From Blasia pusilla (Eukaryota), in NCBI GenBank assembly GCA_050084515.1, contig CM114271.1, positions 44,516,001 through 44,580,000 on the forward strand: a stretch of 64,000 nucleotides of DNA. Direction: 5' to 3'. A model generated the notes under the pieces. It was not told the origin of the DNA, did no database searches, and was given only the letters and a program-made list of their open reading frames with translations. Of this stretch, positions 12,117 through 25,823 are shown in pieces. How positions within the stretch are numbered: the stretch's first letter is position 1; each line of letters starts with the position of its first letter. The position numbers and the translations under genes are program-made.

Positions 12117-14270
12117 ATGGCTAAACGCCAGAGAACCATGAATGAATTGCTCTCAAAGGAGGTTCCAAAGGAACATCTTGATATCATAGCTTTGTCGGGA
12201 TCATCTGATGAGAGGGAAGACCAGAGTACGTTAGGCAGCACTCCATCCATACCTGAGAAAAATCGTGTAGCTTGGAAGGATGTGTGGTATACAATGTATG
12301 ATTGGATCAGCTTTGATAAAACAAGTGGGAGGATCCATTGTAATGTATGTAGAAAGGGTAAAGGAAAGAGTGTATTTGCTAGGGATGGTGCAATCAATTG
12401 TAAAGTTTCGACATTCATAGATCATGCAAAATCGAACGAGCATGTAAAGCTTGCTTGGGCAGCCAATGGAGGTAAGAAATCTATGGCAAAGGCCATCGCC
12501 ACATCCAACCGAACCTGTGAGGTTGCATTCTTGACTTTATTCAAGTGTGCATATTTTCTTGCAAAGGAGGCCATGCCCTTCTCAAAATTCACGGGTCTCT
12601 GTAAATTGTTGCTTGCTGTGAATGCACCTATCACCAGGGACCTTTATCAAGATGAAAAGAGTTGTAGTGTCATGTGTTTTTTCATTAGCCAAATTTTGAT
12701 GAAGAGGACTCTAGCTAGAGTTCAATCATCTCCTTTCTTTGGGATTTTGATCGACGAATCTACAGATATTTCGGTGACAGGGCATTTAGTTGTGTTTGCA
12801 ACATTCATAGAAGAGGGTCAAGCTGAGTGTTGTTTTCTAGGGCTGATTCGTTGTGAATCTAAATGTTCTAATGCTATCACTAATACTTTGTTGGAGTTTA
12901 TGAAAGATGGAGGGCTAGAGTATACCAAAATGGTTGGATTTGGTTCAGATGGGGCCTCTACAATGGTAGGTAGCCAAATTGGGGTAGCTTCTCAATTGAA
13001 GCAAAAGGTTAACCCGTTTCTACTCTCTATACATTGTGTAGCGCACGGAACCAATCTTGTTGCTTTAACAGCAGCAAGAGCACCTGATTGTAAAGTCATT
13101 TCAACATAAATTGATTCTATTTTGAATGCCGTAGCAGGGTATTTCAAAAGGTCATCAAAGAGGAAAGCTAACCTAGCATCACTTCAAGAGAAGTTGAATG
13201 ACTCTCAACGAGTTATGAAGAGGTATCATAAAATAAGATGGTTGTCACGTTGGCAGGCTGTATGTACATTGTGTGATTCACTTGAGTCTCAGTATTGACA
13301 TACTTTAGGATATTTCCCCTTGAAGATGACGGCAATGCCTCAAATTTATACAACAAGTTAAGATCATTCCAAATGATCTATCACTTATATTTTTTAGCTG
13401 ATATTCTTTCCAACCTTGCTAACTTGAGCAAGATTTTCCAATACAAGTTTGTTGATGTTAGTACTATTGGCAGCATTGTTACTTCAGAGATTACTTCTAT
13501 TACCATGAATTTTGTGATGGAAAGTCGAGATTTGAATGCATCTTTATTTTCAGAAGAAACAGGTTATCATATCCTACCTGATTTTGGTCCCCCCGATGGA
13601 TATCTTAGACGTTTGCAATCAGAGATTAGGGGTAATAAGTTTCATAGCATAGAAATGTTGAGAGACCGCACAGGCAAGGATTTGGAATATGCTCTCTTAT
13701 TTCAGAAGTCATATGCTGAAAGTGTTTGTTTAGCATTGCAAGAAAGATTCAGGGACAACAATCTTATTGGTGCAATGAGGATTTTGAACCCATTGTACAT
13801 GCCCTCTCGGCAAGTTGGGTTAAATAGCTGGGGATGTAAGGACTTGGAAGATTTGTGTGCACATTTTGGATGTGAGTTACCATTGAGGGGACATCTCAAC
13901 CCTCTGTCATAAATTGTTTCTTTGTGAAGCAAGAATTTCAGTCATTCAAGTTGATGGCTACAACCGAGTGGAAAGATCGTAATTTCCAAGACTTATGGGC
14001 AATGGTGAGTTGGAGCCCCACTTTACAATGTAAGTTTGCTAACTTGCTTGTTTTGGCTAATGTTGCAAGGGTTCAATGTGTTAGCACTGCCATATGTGAG
14101 AGGGCTTTTTCAATTCAGAATTTGATCAAGACTAAGACTGTAATCGACTAGGTACTAAACATCTAGATGATGTATTAAGGATTGCTTTAGAAGGACCTAC
14201 AAGTGACTATGACGACATGTTGTCCGAATCTGTCATATTATGGAAGACTTTGCTAATTTTAGGTACTTGT
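12117..14270 (+). mobile_element. hAT-superfamily transposase pseudogene (ZNF862/KIAA1586-like)
   Basis: TTF-like Zn finger (HCNVC...HAKSNEH), IDESTD, GSDGASTM, HCVAH, RWLSRW, C-terminal STAICERAFS dimerisation motif. Stop at 13107 and frameshifts near 13290 and 13910. TIRs not found. Confidence 0.9.
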
Positions 14271-15619
14271 ATTCTAATCTGATCGATACATGAACCCTCA
14301 AGCGAAAAGCAAATGTGGTGCCCCATCGGTTGACTTGTTAGGTTGATGTGAGTTTTTTTGTAGGACTTAGAGCCCTTCTATAACACTTGGAGCTTAGAAG
14401 CTCCAAATATTATAGAGGGCATGATCCTTGGCTCCCAACGGTGGGGAGGCTTGGCGGAGTTCAACTCCCGCCAAGGATATCTCAAGGTAGAGAGCATAAC
14501 ATTTCCTTCATGCAAATTTTGGAAGGGAGGTTTTGCTCCAAGGTAAACAGATACAAGGTAGATGATGAGGTGAAGGTAAAAAGAAGAAAAAAATGTGAAA
14601 GTAGAAGAGAGAAAAGGTGAAGGAAAAAAAGAAAAAAAGGCTTGTTTCATACATGCCGGAAATTGGCAGCCGACTCAGAAAACACCCAGAAACTAGATGG
14701 GTCCATTTCCAAAGTACCAGAAACAGAATGGGTTCCTTTTGAATAAATTCGGATAAAAACCGTCTGAAAAAAAAAAAAGTAGTTTTTTATTGCCTTGTTC
14801 TAATAATACCAGCCAGGATCGGCTAGGAAAAAAAAGAGCCGACTTGATAGTCTAAATAGCAGAAATCGGCTGACAGATTAAAAAAATCTCCCCAGACCTG
14901 CGTGGTGGCGACGCAAGTCAGAGAATCAACGAACGTCGTGGAAGACCCTCCACTCCGTAACGACGGAAATGGCAACCAAAGAGTGGACAAAAGACGGTGG
15001 ACCATTGACGGTGACGGTTGATTGGTGATGGTGATGGTTGATTGTTGACGGCCGCCGCTGGCATGGCGGCTGGTTTAGGGTTTGAACAATTTAACCCTAA
15101 AAATCGCCTAACGGTGGCAGTTTTGCAAGATTGACCATAATTTTTTGCTCACAACTCAAAATTGTGCATTGTTTGTTGCATAGCGTGCACAGCATCACGA
15201 TCTACGACAACATAAAAAAATATTTGGAATCAGGAATTCCAATAAAAATTGACAGGGATTGTCGTAAAGCCCAATGTCTCTTTCTCCTACACAAAATTTG
15301 GCAGCGCTTCCGCGCTGATTTCTCCCAACGAAAATGTAAAACCTGTAAAAATACAAATCAGCAAGCTACATGGTGCTCTCAACAGCACCGGCATGGGGCA
15401 ATCCGCCCCCATAATCAATCCCTATCAGAAATTGCAGCGCTTCCGTGCGCCACTCCTCCACGCGAAAAATCGGCAAATGCAAAGAACAATCAAAGCAGCC
15501 CTTGCTTCGGTGAGCACTCCCATGAGCTGCTAAACGGGGAACACGATCCCCAACCTGCAAAAACAGCGAGTGACCAGCGAGCTCCCTCATGAAGCTCTCT
15601 CACTCTCTCATTCTCTCTT

Positions 15620-16135
15620 TGTAAAATAAGATCCAATCTCTCTCTACACCATCTCACACCATAGCTCTCAAAGGTGTGCACTCTCTCACATGTCAAACCA
15701 AACCCACTCTCCTAATGAGAGGCTTGGGTTACACTCACAAGGCAAGGGACCATAGCTCCGCCGCCTTATGCCAAGAGGTTCAACAAAGAGAGAATGAGCT
15801 CTCAAGCTCTCTCTCCTTGAGGTATACCCATCCCCTCTCCCAAACTCTCTCCATGGTAACCTATTCTCCCAAGTCACCTCCTTGGCTCTTGACCTGATGT
15901 AGGAGGTCAAGGGCCACTTACCCAAAATATAAATTCCATCATATATTCAAAAAGGTATTTACCTAAAATAATAAGTTCCAAAATATGGCTCCAAATGAGC
16001 CGAAACGAAGGGAAAATCTGCTCTCTCAGGTTTCCCAAGGCCTCAACAGGTCATCTTCGACCTACTGAGCTTGTCCTCCACTACTCACGAAAGCGCTCTA
16101 CTAGATCTCACCGATCTATCCTAAAAGACGTGACA
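15620..16135 (-). repeat. LTR-like repeat (family X), copy 1; may extend further left
   Basis: Clearly similar to 49649-50171; both end in ...AAAAGACGTGACA (TGTCAC start on -). No TSD found. Confidence 0.7.
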
Positions 16136-16516
16136 TAGGGGGTAATTTGGTTGCAAAATTGTCTTCAAACTTCCAGGTCTTTCATCTCTTCAAAGTCATC
16201 GTTCACATACGTCACCAGATCATATGGAAAAATGCAAATGTTTCAATAGACAACGTAACTTTTAGGTTTTCCTAGTCCACCTCAGCTAACTCTATCTTTC
16301 TCCACGAGTGATCGAATTGCATAGGTGGCATACTTTTTTTACTCTCAAGACCTTCTAAGACTTACATCCCGCTATATTGTATCGGCCCCGCCATAAGGAT
16401 TCCCTTGGCCAATGGGAATTGGGGATGATCGGATGCGGACCAGACATGGAGGCGTCTGTTTAGGACTGCCCCGCTGAGAAAGACATCGGAGAGAGACATT
16501 ACTTGACCGTCGCTGA

Positions 16517-16731
16517 TCTATATTCTTATTGGAGAGTGCCTTCTTGATTTGCAAATACCTCTCTGTTTGACACGTGGCAACTGGGCACCAAGATAATGTT
16601 TCACATGCTACGCGCAACAAGAAAAAAATTGAATTTTGTGCAGCATCATTAATCCCTTCATAGACTATATACTAACTAAAACTCTTCAATCACTTCTTCT
16701 TTTTCGTGCATCGCAACGGGCACCTCATTAG
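16517..16731 (+). mobile_element. Putative short non-autonomous Helitron
   Basis: Starts A|TCTATATT; ends with hairpin CGTGCATCGCAACGGG followed ~8 nt later by TTAG|T (canonical is CTAG|T). Confidence 0.5.
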
Positions 16732-18859
16732 TAATACATTGCACGGTGGTTCTTACGGGTAGGACGATCTTCTATCGTTCCCACGCTGGCCCCGCTAGAG
16801 AAATGAATGTAGAGCGTGGGCGAGCTTCCATAGAGCCTTTCCTCGTACCTACAGTATCCAAGGATCGGTAGATTCACCACGACATGACGCATGTTGCCAC
16901 CTGTCTAGAGGGTGGGAGTTATAGAATAGAGGTGGTGGCCGCGAAATGGGAAAAAGTGAGGGGCGGATACTCTTTAGAAAGCTTCCGTCGGATTCAGCCT
17001 CCGCGGAGAAATCGGGAAACCTAATTGTACGCGATCCGTAGGCGTTCCCGTCTCGTTCCACCCGCGCAAGAATTGAAGGAGCGTTACGTGGCCCCGCGGG
17101 AATGGCGCCCCCCGGTCCAGACTCCACTGGTGGTATTTGGGGCGGGCCGGGCCCGGCCCGGCCACCGTCTTCGTTCCGATCCGGGTGAAGGCGTAGGGGA
17201 ATCTGCTTCCTCCTCCGTCGAGGCCATGGTAGCAGTTGTGGGACGCACAACGGTCGCTGTTGGGGATGATACACGAAGCACAGTAACGACCGTGAGACTT
17301 CCTGTGAGGTCCTCGAAAAAAAAAAAAAGTGTAATAATAAATAGAAAATAGGATGGGAAACCTATCAGGATACAAATAGAGAGCCAAATAGAGGATCAGG
17401 ATTGCTTCCCAGCCCTTCTTTCTCCTCGGAGCCAAAACCGACCCTGAGGAGAAAGAAGGGGGCTCGGAAGCAATCTCCATCGTCCCACCGTCCTCTTTTC
17501 TATCCCCGCTCCAGCGCCTGATCTCCCGGGGCCGCCAAGACGCTTCTGGGGCGAATGGGTCCTGGCGTTCCTATCGTGGAGCGTATGCGCTTACTGTTTC
17601 CATCTTGTTCGTAGTAAAAAAAGAAAGAGCGTTTCGCTTGGAATGTGAAACGCGTGCTGCGATTTGCTGCTGTCGGTCTATATTTCGTCTGTCAGTCTTC
17701 GAAGGAAAGGTGAGATCCGCAAGAAACAACGCCACTCAGGCCGGGTGATCTCCGTCCTCGCACCAATTCAGACTTATTAAGACTACGTGCCATGAATTTA
17801 CTACTGCGAGCCTTTACTCGCTCGCAGGCCTTTTCTCACCAGCTGTAGGATGAGCTGACGCGAAGCTTGCGGACAGGGCGCGGGCTCCCGCGGACGAGCT
17901 TCATGCTTGCTCAGAGGGCACTTCTGTTGCTCGGAGCTCGTTCTGCGTGATACCTCTCCTCAGGCGCATGTTCCCACACTGCCCGAGAGAACATCTCTAT
18001 CTTGGGATTAACCATAACTGGTTTCTCGTGATAGATTTAAACCCTCGAGTGAACAGGGTGTACAGATATGTCCTTCGCCGGTGAAGACTCGAATTTGAAA
18101 GCGAGGTGGCGTGAACTGTCCTCCGTCTGTACCAGGTTCGCGACCACGGTTGCACGTATGGGCATATGGTCCTTCACCTGGCGATCGGGCCTTCACTGTT
18201 GATTTGTGGTACACCTCAACACGTTTCTGGAGTATGGATCCGGGGGCAGCTTCATCTCAAGGATTCGCTTGTTATGGACAAGCCCGGGCCACCTTTTCTA
18301 TACAATTGGTGGCTCAACTTGAAGAGCGGTATCAGCTGAACTTCAGTTGGGATGCTGGTGATTGTCTTCGACGAGCTTGATCGACGTCTGTTGCAGTTGG
18401 TTCTGGGAGTGTAATCTTCCTCTGGATTCAATCGACCTCTTGAAGATTCTGCTGCACTTGTGACCAGGGTTAATCCGTTGTCGGAGGGACTCTATCGGGA
18501 CCTTCCTTGCCGTGGCACCTCCATCCAGATATGCGCCGTTACAGTAGACCTGTGAATCAGGATCACGAATTCTCCACAGGTTCCGGATCGAAGTGGATTA
18601 GCGCAGAGCCGATGAATTCTCATCGAATGGTCGAGGGGGAGATCGCTGGTTTGGTAGGCCGGGAGTGAACGTAGGCCGAAGAGACGAGGATCCACAATTT
18701 GCACGCCCTCTAGCTGCGTGCAGGTCTGGGAGTGCTCTTCCTCCTCCTTCCTAAACCTTGCATTTCCCCTCAAACGTTTTGGGCGAAATGGAAGCTTTCC
18801 CGGCTGAATTCGGTCCGGACAAAGACGAGTCTTGGTCTTGAGTCGAGAAAGGCGGTGCG

Positions 18860-20212
18860 ATGGCTGTGGCGAGACGCTACGATGCGACCGTGACCGGCCC
18901 CACGAGAGGAAAAGACTCTTTTCCAACGGCCGCAAGTCGGTGGTGCTCGCTCTCCGTATCTGTCCAATCTATGCTCAGGCTTCTACTTCTACTTCTTGCG
19001 GCTTTTAGTGTTGTCAGCTACTCCCTTTTGGGAGCAAATCGTGTGCAGATCGTTTTGTCGGGCGTGTCTATTAGAAATTGGCGGAGTGATTTTCCCTCAC
19101 CACACTATGATTTCAGAAATGATGAAACCCACGTCAGGCAGACGGAGAGTACTTCAAATACCACATTTCTCGATCTCGCTGCTATTGATCCCAACGATGA
19201 TCTAGACAAGCAGAAATTCACGATGATAATGGATGGGAAGGTTGATGAATTTCAGGACACGCACAGTAGGTGGAGCTACCAGAGGAAAATGGATCACTAC
19301 ATTGATTTAGAGCAGGTTCGACGGAGGGCGAGACCCAGACACGAGACTTGGATAGTTGAGCTGCAAAGTCCAAAATTGAAGCCCAGCTGGTCCAGATTTC
19401 GCCAGTTGCTGCAGGGATGGTTCAGGAATAAGCGGCACGAGCCCCAAGTGATGCAGGAGTTGCTGCAAACTGTGAAGGGCCCGATTGATCTTTTTTACAG
19501 CTCGAAATCTAATCAATCGGTTGAAGTGGGCAAGCGATACAAGACTTGTGCTGTCGTCGGTAACAGTGGCATCCTCCTGGAGAAGAATATGGGGTCATTT
19601 ATTGATAGTCATGACATGGTGATGCGCCTCAACAATGCTCGAGTGACTGGGTATGAGAGTTCTGTGGGCTCCAAGACTACCATAGCCTTCGTAAACAGCA
19701 ATATCTATCACAGTTGCTCACGTCGTGTGAAGTGTTTCTGCCACCCCTACGGAGAGATTCCACTCGTCATGTACCTCTGTCAAATACAGCATATGATGGA
19801 TGTGGCCTTTTGTGAGGTCAATTACGAAGCTCCAGTACTTGTCACGGATCCTAGACTCGACAATCTCTGCTCGAGAATCATCAAGTGGTATTCCATGAAA
19901 CACCATGTGGAGGTCGTTGGGAAGCCTCTCCATTCGTGGAGTAGAGCTCACGGCGGTCTAGACTTCCACTACTCTTCTGGCTTGCAAGCCATCGTTCTTG
20001 CTCTTGGAATTTGTGAAAAGGTGGACATTCTAGGGTTTGGAAAATCTCCGGCTGTAAGGCACCACTATCACACCAATCAAAAATCAGAGCTCGATTTGCA
20101 TGACTACGCAGCTGAATATCTCTTCTACGACGACTTGAGGAACAAGAGCTCTTTCATACCTTTTCTGAGCGAGGCAGGCATCACCATACCTCCCGTTGAG
20201 ATACACAGGTGA
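18860..20212 (+). CDS. Glycosyltransferase family 29 (plant sialyltransferase-like / GALT29A-like) type II membrane protein, 450 aa, intronless CDS
   Basis: N-terminal hydrophobic TM (LLLLLLAAFSVV); sialyl motif L CAVVGNSGILL...IDSHDMVMRLNNA; motif S YSSGLQAIVLALGICEKVDILGF; HHYH; VS motif HDYAAE; uninterrupted ORF. Confidence 0.93.
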   Translation: MAVARRYDATVTGPTRGKDSFPTAASRWCSLSVSVQSMLRLLLLLLAAFSVVSYSLLGANRVQIVLSGVSIRNWRSDFPSPHYDFRNDETHVRQTESTSNTTFLDLAAIDPNDDLDKQKFTMIMDGKVDEFQDTHSRWSYQRKMDHYIDLEQVRRRARPRHETWIVELQSPKLKPSWSRFRQLLQGWFRNKRHEPQVMQELLQTVKGPIDLFYSSKSNQSVEVGKRYKTCAVVGNSGILLEKNMGSFIDSHDMVMRLNNARVTGYESSVGSKTTIAFVNSNIYHSCSRRVKCFCHPYGEIPLVMYLCQIQHMMDVAFCEVNYEAPVLVTDPRLDNLCSRIIKWYSMKHHVEVVGKPLHSWSRAHGGLDFHYSSGLQAIVLALGICEKVDILGFGKSPAVRHHYHTNQKSELDLHDYAAEYLFYDDLRNKSSFIPFLSEAGITIPPVEIHR

Positions 20213-22348
20213 TCTGGAGTGGATAAACGACCGGCGGTATGGAATCTGAACGGCTGTGGGGTTCCATCTCTTTTGGACCGAAGTCAAAGGGCAATAAGGC
20301 TGGATGCAGATGGCCATTTTCCGTCAGTTTCATGGCCTCCCGCCTATGAATGTGAAGGAACTAGGTGTACTCCGAGGCGATTAACATGATTAGTCACTCG
20401 TTCATAAGTGGCGAATTGCTGCCGCTGTCCGATTGTATAATACTGAAAGGGCTTGAGTGTGAATTAGCAAGAAAATATTATGCTCGTGTCTAACCCTAGA
20501 CCCACTGCTTAAGCTTGTGGGTGGCGTATGGAACTAGTAAAGGCATTACACAACACCGGCGCGTGACTTCTTTCTCCGAATTCTTTAGCTCTCTCCGTTT
20601 CGGTCTCGAGATGCATGATTCTTCATCACTGCTTTGAAGCGTTTTTCCCACACCTCAAGTCAGGCAGTGATGGTCTCACCATGATTAGTTTGTCACTCGT
20701 GCCCGGCTGCGATCTTCCAACAAGTTTCCACTATCTGGCTCAACTAACCCTCCACGGTGCCGGATCTCCTGGCACAGTGTCAGTTTCGCCGAACATTTGG
20801 GTCGCCTCCTCTATAGATTGTTCACTTTCGGGTTGGAGCAGGCTGCGGGATGGGATGTCTGACCCAGTGCTCGGCAAGGATTTTGACGCATACCGGTACT
20901 TTTCCGAGAGAAAGATCATTGTAGCCGGTTTTTTTTTAATTTAACAAAGAAAACCTACTTTTCACGTCGGGAATTTTCCTAAAGTTTCACATTTGAATCG
21001 GAAATCACACATTCTCAACCGGCTGCTTTTACAAAGAATGCCGGTTCTTGCCGAGCATTGGTCTGACCGCACGCCATCCCGATGGTCGAATGTGGAGCAC
21101 ATCCCGACGTAAGCTCCAGGCTATCAAGCGAAAGTTCCGAGGTGTCTGGGACACTGTGTGCGCACCGGACTGCGGTGCTGTATGGCAGATATAATGTCAT
21201 GAAATTCCTCGCTGTTTCCTATTAGACGAGTCAGCCTGACTCAGCCATGGTAAGACTGTAGGAATTAGGAACCCAGAGATTGTGGTACTAGCACTCTGCC
21301 AAAGCTCCTGTACTTCAAGAAGTGAGCGAAATTCTGCCAACTTGCCGGTCTGCTGGGCCAATTAATGTCCGACATTTCAAGTCCGAGCAGTAATTTTCAC
21401 CTTTGGATTCTTGCCACCGCGACTCGTTCCTTCTGAGTGTAGAAAGGCGAGTGTTGAGTTATAAGTAACTCGCCCTAACCCTAACTCGTCCTAACTTCTG
21501 CATATTCCCAGAAAATGCACTACGCGTCGGACGTCAAGGACGGTCGGACTCCTGCGTGCACAGTCTGCGCAAGCACTACAGTGCCTCTCATCTCAACGTA
21601 AGTCTCTCTCGAATGAGGCAACTCCTTCGAGAGATGGACGGATCCTTCCTCCACGAAGAGACACTGTGATGATAAGACGGACTCTCCATTCCAACGAACT
21701 TCATCACCAATGGATTGTACCCTGCGTCTAATAATACACGGCGAAGCAGTGCCGGGCGGATAAATCAGCAAGCATATCTCGGAGCTTTCAAGGCGAGGTC
21801 CGCACAGCTTGACACAACCCCTCGAACCGTCTGGACCACTTCTGTAGTACCGGAATCGCATTCTCCTTGCTCTCCGACATGACTGATGAACTTTAGTAGA
21901 AACTTGGATGGAAAAACCATCGGGATACAAAGGAGGGGGGCATAGAGAGCCAAAAGACCCTCGGGCCAAAACCGGTTCCCTACTAAGTTACATTTCCACT
22001 CGCGCATCAGCGAATGAAAATTCGCTGGGTTCAGTCCGTAGCCCTTGAAGTTTGAACGGGCAGTGTCATGCGAAAGCCCCCAAGTGGAGCGGCTGTAGGC
22101 CGGGTCAAACAAACTCACAGGGGATTCGCGAGGAGGTGAAAAAGGTCAAAGCATAATTATTATACACTTTTGGAGGAAAGGGGCAGTCGTTAAGTGAGAG
22201 CAAGTTACTGAGTGTTACTCTCCAAAACTCCTACTTAACTAATAATAATAACAACTGCCTTCGTCTTAACAAGGCTGCTTATCTTTCGAGTGTGCCCTTT
22301 ATTCTAATTCGTGATCTAAAACGTGTCAAACATGAATATGAATGTAGG

Positions 22349-25300
22349 TATATCCATTTTATTATAAAAGAAACCTCAGAAGAGGACAAAGAAAGGTAAT
22401 AACAACTCAAAAGAGGAGTCAAAAAATGCATACAAGAATGCAAAAAGAAAATGACAACAAGCTAACGTAAACACCCGTTCAACGACGTACACGATTGATA
22501 GCCTAAAACAAATCTGACAAGAACACGAGTGGTTGGTCGACGTGAATGGACGAGGCGGCGACCCCACCACCTCCGCACGACGTATCAATGACGTTGTAAG
22601 GCCACCGAGATGCCGAAAATAAAAGGGGCAAGGTGATGAAGTGGTGAGCACATGTTTTCAGGAAAGTATCAAAAGACACATGTAAATGACCAAATACTTC
22701 CCTTTGCAAAGGAATAAATCCATTCCATGTCTCACAAAGATAACTTAACTCCTTGATTCTTTCAAACCTTTGGTATGCGGGGACACACCTCGACCGTGTT
22801 GGATCAACAACCAACATCACCTAGTGTGAATCCATCGAGACATAACAAGATCCACTCTCCAACGAGAGGTTGCTTGTGTGGTTGAAGGTAGGGCGTGGAG
22901 TTGCTCTTGCCCAACGGTGTATCAAGCAAAGTACAAGCCACCGATGCACCGCCTCTCTAATGACATCATGTGTGGCCGTTCGTTTCTCCACCATGTGCAC
23001 ATCGGAGAATATGGATACCCTTGGCATCAATGGGACATACACAATTCGGCACACCTAAGAGAGAAGGATGGGGAAGTCCAACACGTAACCGCAAGTCATC
23101 GAGAATATACTTGAGGAAGACGAAATGGAAGAATAAGAGGATTTGTAGTAAGCCACGCCCCGCTCCAGTACCATACATGGGATCGAGCTCGATTAGCCTC
23201 AAAGGATGCCTTGGAGAGAATCTTTGGAAAAGTTGATTTGATGCAAACGGAGATATGCTCTTTCGATCAATAGAATCAGCAAAGGGGGTAGAATTGCTTG
23301 TGTAGCAAGAGGAAGAAGAGCTCATGCATATCTCAGTTGTTGTTGAAATAACAAGTCCTCCTCCTCTACATGGGCGATATGATCCATCAAGATAGGTGTA
23401 TCTCCTTGGAGAAACCTTGAAGCCATAATCGGTGCTACCAACGCCTGACTCCCCAAAAAGGCTGCGGGAGCATATGCAACTGTGGAGGACAGTCCCACCT
23501 CTCCAAAAGAAATAGGCAAGATAGCTTGTCGTGAAGTAAAGACACCATCCTCTCCCTCAAAGGTATTTGGGCCAAGAAGTTGACCAAAAGTTGCCAAGAT
23601 AGAAGCATCAAAAGAGGCCAACCGATGTAAGAACCTTGAAGTGGGAGGACAAGTGCGAAGAAGGTAGGAAGGTCGTCGTAAAAACCTTGGGAGAGAATCC
23701 CATAAGCCACTTGGGGATTCCCTAGATGAGGTAACAAATGAAGCCATTCCACGTCTTTCAAAAGGGCCTCATCCAAGAACTTTGAATATCAAAGGTTGGA
23801 AGTCGATGCGTTAGCCACATCGACTTGAATATCAAGAGTGGAGTGAATCCAATGCACCACATCCTCACAACCTCCAGGAGTTGCCACTCCAAATTGATGA
23901 GGAAATAAGTGTGCACTAAAGTGAGGACGAAATTGCAAGCATAGGGATCGACTAACCAAGCGGTATAAAACCTTTCCAATAGCCAAAGGGCGCACACCTG
24001 AAGGAGGCTTATCCATAGCCAACAAACGACAAGCCCCTAAGAGCCTAGAGATAGAGAATGGGAGACGACCTGCCGCCATATGTGCATACACCTTATATAG
24101 AGAGACAAAGCCACTTGTTGAATCTGCTGGGATAAAGCAATCGCGGAGATGCTCAAAAACCATCCCTGATAGCCCGCTTGTTGATAAGCGAGGAATATGT
24201 AGAAAAGCCCTTGTGAAAACCTCCAAGTCAAGCTCCAAGTCAAGGTCCGTTGTATAGTCTTCCACCAAAGATGGAGCATCGCCACTTGAAGGAGGATGAA
24301 GAGCTTCTAAGAGAGCCATTGTTTCCGCACTTGGAACCGCCGGAGAAAGAGGATCCAATGCTCGAGCTGCACGTGAAAACTCACCAACCTGCCCCAAAAG
24401 TAGACTTTGTCGAAGGCGTTGTTGTATTGAATGCCTCCCATGATTGGCATGTTGAGTGGGATGAGCCGCAGCTAAGGCCTCTGCTCGAAGTACATGCTCA
24501 TTCTGAAGATTCTCCCAATTCCCAGACATAAAGCATTGAATACGTGTGGAGGTTTCACGATGACCCGTTGCACCCCCCCCTTGGAGCGAGGACAAAATCC
24601 ATTGTGGGAAGAGTAATAGGAGATACCAAGAATTTATATCTGTGGGGTCACGCGCTAACCTTTCTAATGGGAAAAGCAAAGGTTGTTGGGTGATGGGGCG
24701 AAGAGCAATAGGAATGCAAGTGTAGAGTCTAGGATAAGGAAGACCTGGATGGAAAGAGCGAAGAAGATCAATTTGGCTTAACCAGGTCCAAGCAATTGTT
24801 GTGGGGAGTGCAGTAGGAGGTGGTATCGGGTTAGGGATTGAAGGCCCATGCATGGATTGACAGTACCGCTGATGTCTTTTGATCCCATTAGGAGCAAACT
24901 CCTTACCACAAGGTATGCAATGAACCTTTGGTACAAATGGAGAAGTAGAAGGGTTACAAGGAGAGGAGGTAGGAGGTGCAAGTGATGGCCGACGATGAGG
25001 GGGTAAGTAGGTTGGGGAAGGAGGAGGAGGAAGAGGGGAGATTCGGGTAGAATAGATGGGAGTTGGAAGCAAGGGCATAGATGAGATATGTGGGGATGGC
25101 AAAGTAGAAGGATTCGGTAATAATGGATCAAGATTAGGCTCAATAGGACAAGGCGAAGAAGGGAGAAGTGGAGAATCTGGAAGAAATGTAGCAAGTGTAA
25201 TGGGTGTATTAGCATCTAGAGGAAAATGGCGAGATCTACGATGAGGAGGTGAACCAGGGGGAGAGGTTACGACTGTAGGAGGGCGTGTAAAACCAGATAA

Positions 25301-25480
25301 GCGAGTAGACGGAGAATCCAACTCCATCTCTGATGACATAGAAGTAAAGGTAGGCAAGTCATCGAAGACACGAAAAGACATATGAAACGTGGTTTGGAGA
25401 AAGCATGAGGATAACGAGCAAAGCAAAAGTAGTGGAATCCGTCCAAAAGAAATTAAGATGGAGAGATGAAGATTAGGCAA
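22349..25480 (-). mobile_element. CRE/R2-type non-LTR retrotransposon with restriction-like endonuclease (decayed, internal RT deletion)
   Basis: Pro-rich N-terminus; C2HC finger CIPCGKEF...HQRYC; GEFSRAARAL; SGLSGMVFEHLRDCF; KPPSGVRPLAIG; HQFGV; QVDVANA; downstream CVCPIDAKGIHILRCAHGGE, HDVIRE, and a REL-like tail (LVVDPTR...ERIKELSY...FIPLQREVFG). Confidence 0.82.
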
Positions 25481-25779
25481 TACCGAATATATGATTGAAA
25501 GTTACTATAAGAAAAATATAAAAAGCAATTGAAAAGGAAAAGTGATCTATATGGCATCGGAAGAGGTGGCTCAAGAATATGAATTTCTAATGTCCTTAAG
25601 GAGATGGCAAACGTATGTAGGGGCGAAACAGTAAGGTAAGGAGTTGGAAGAGCAAGGAAGACTTTTGGGAGGAATTGACCTAAAACAAACCCGTACACAA
25701 AAATAGGCGTGAGAGTGGGAGAGAATCATTTTATATTCTCGTTGAGGGGACTTCCATCTTAGGTTATCATTTGTACCTT

Positions 25780-25823
25780 AGGGGTATCTACTTGTGGTTT
25801 GAAAACCACAAGTAGATACCCCT
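25780..25823. repeat. Perfect 21-bp inverted repeat with 2-nt loop
   Basis: AGGGGTATCTACTTGTGGTTT-GA-AAACCACAAGTAGATACCCCT. Confidence 0.9.

Noticed and set aside
21440-22245. Weak inverted similarity between ~21445-21485 and ~22190-22232 as TIRs
   Set aside because: Too degenerate and no TSD found
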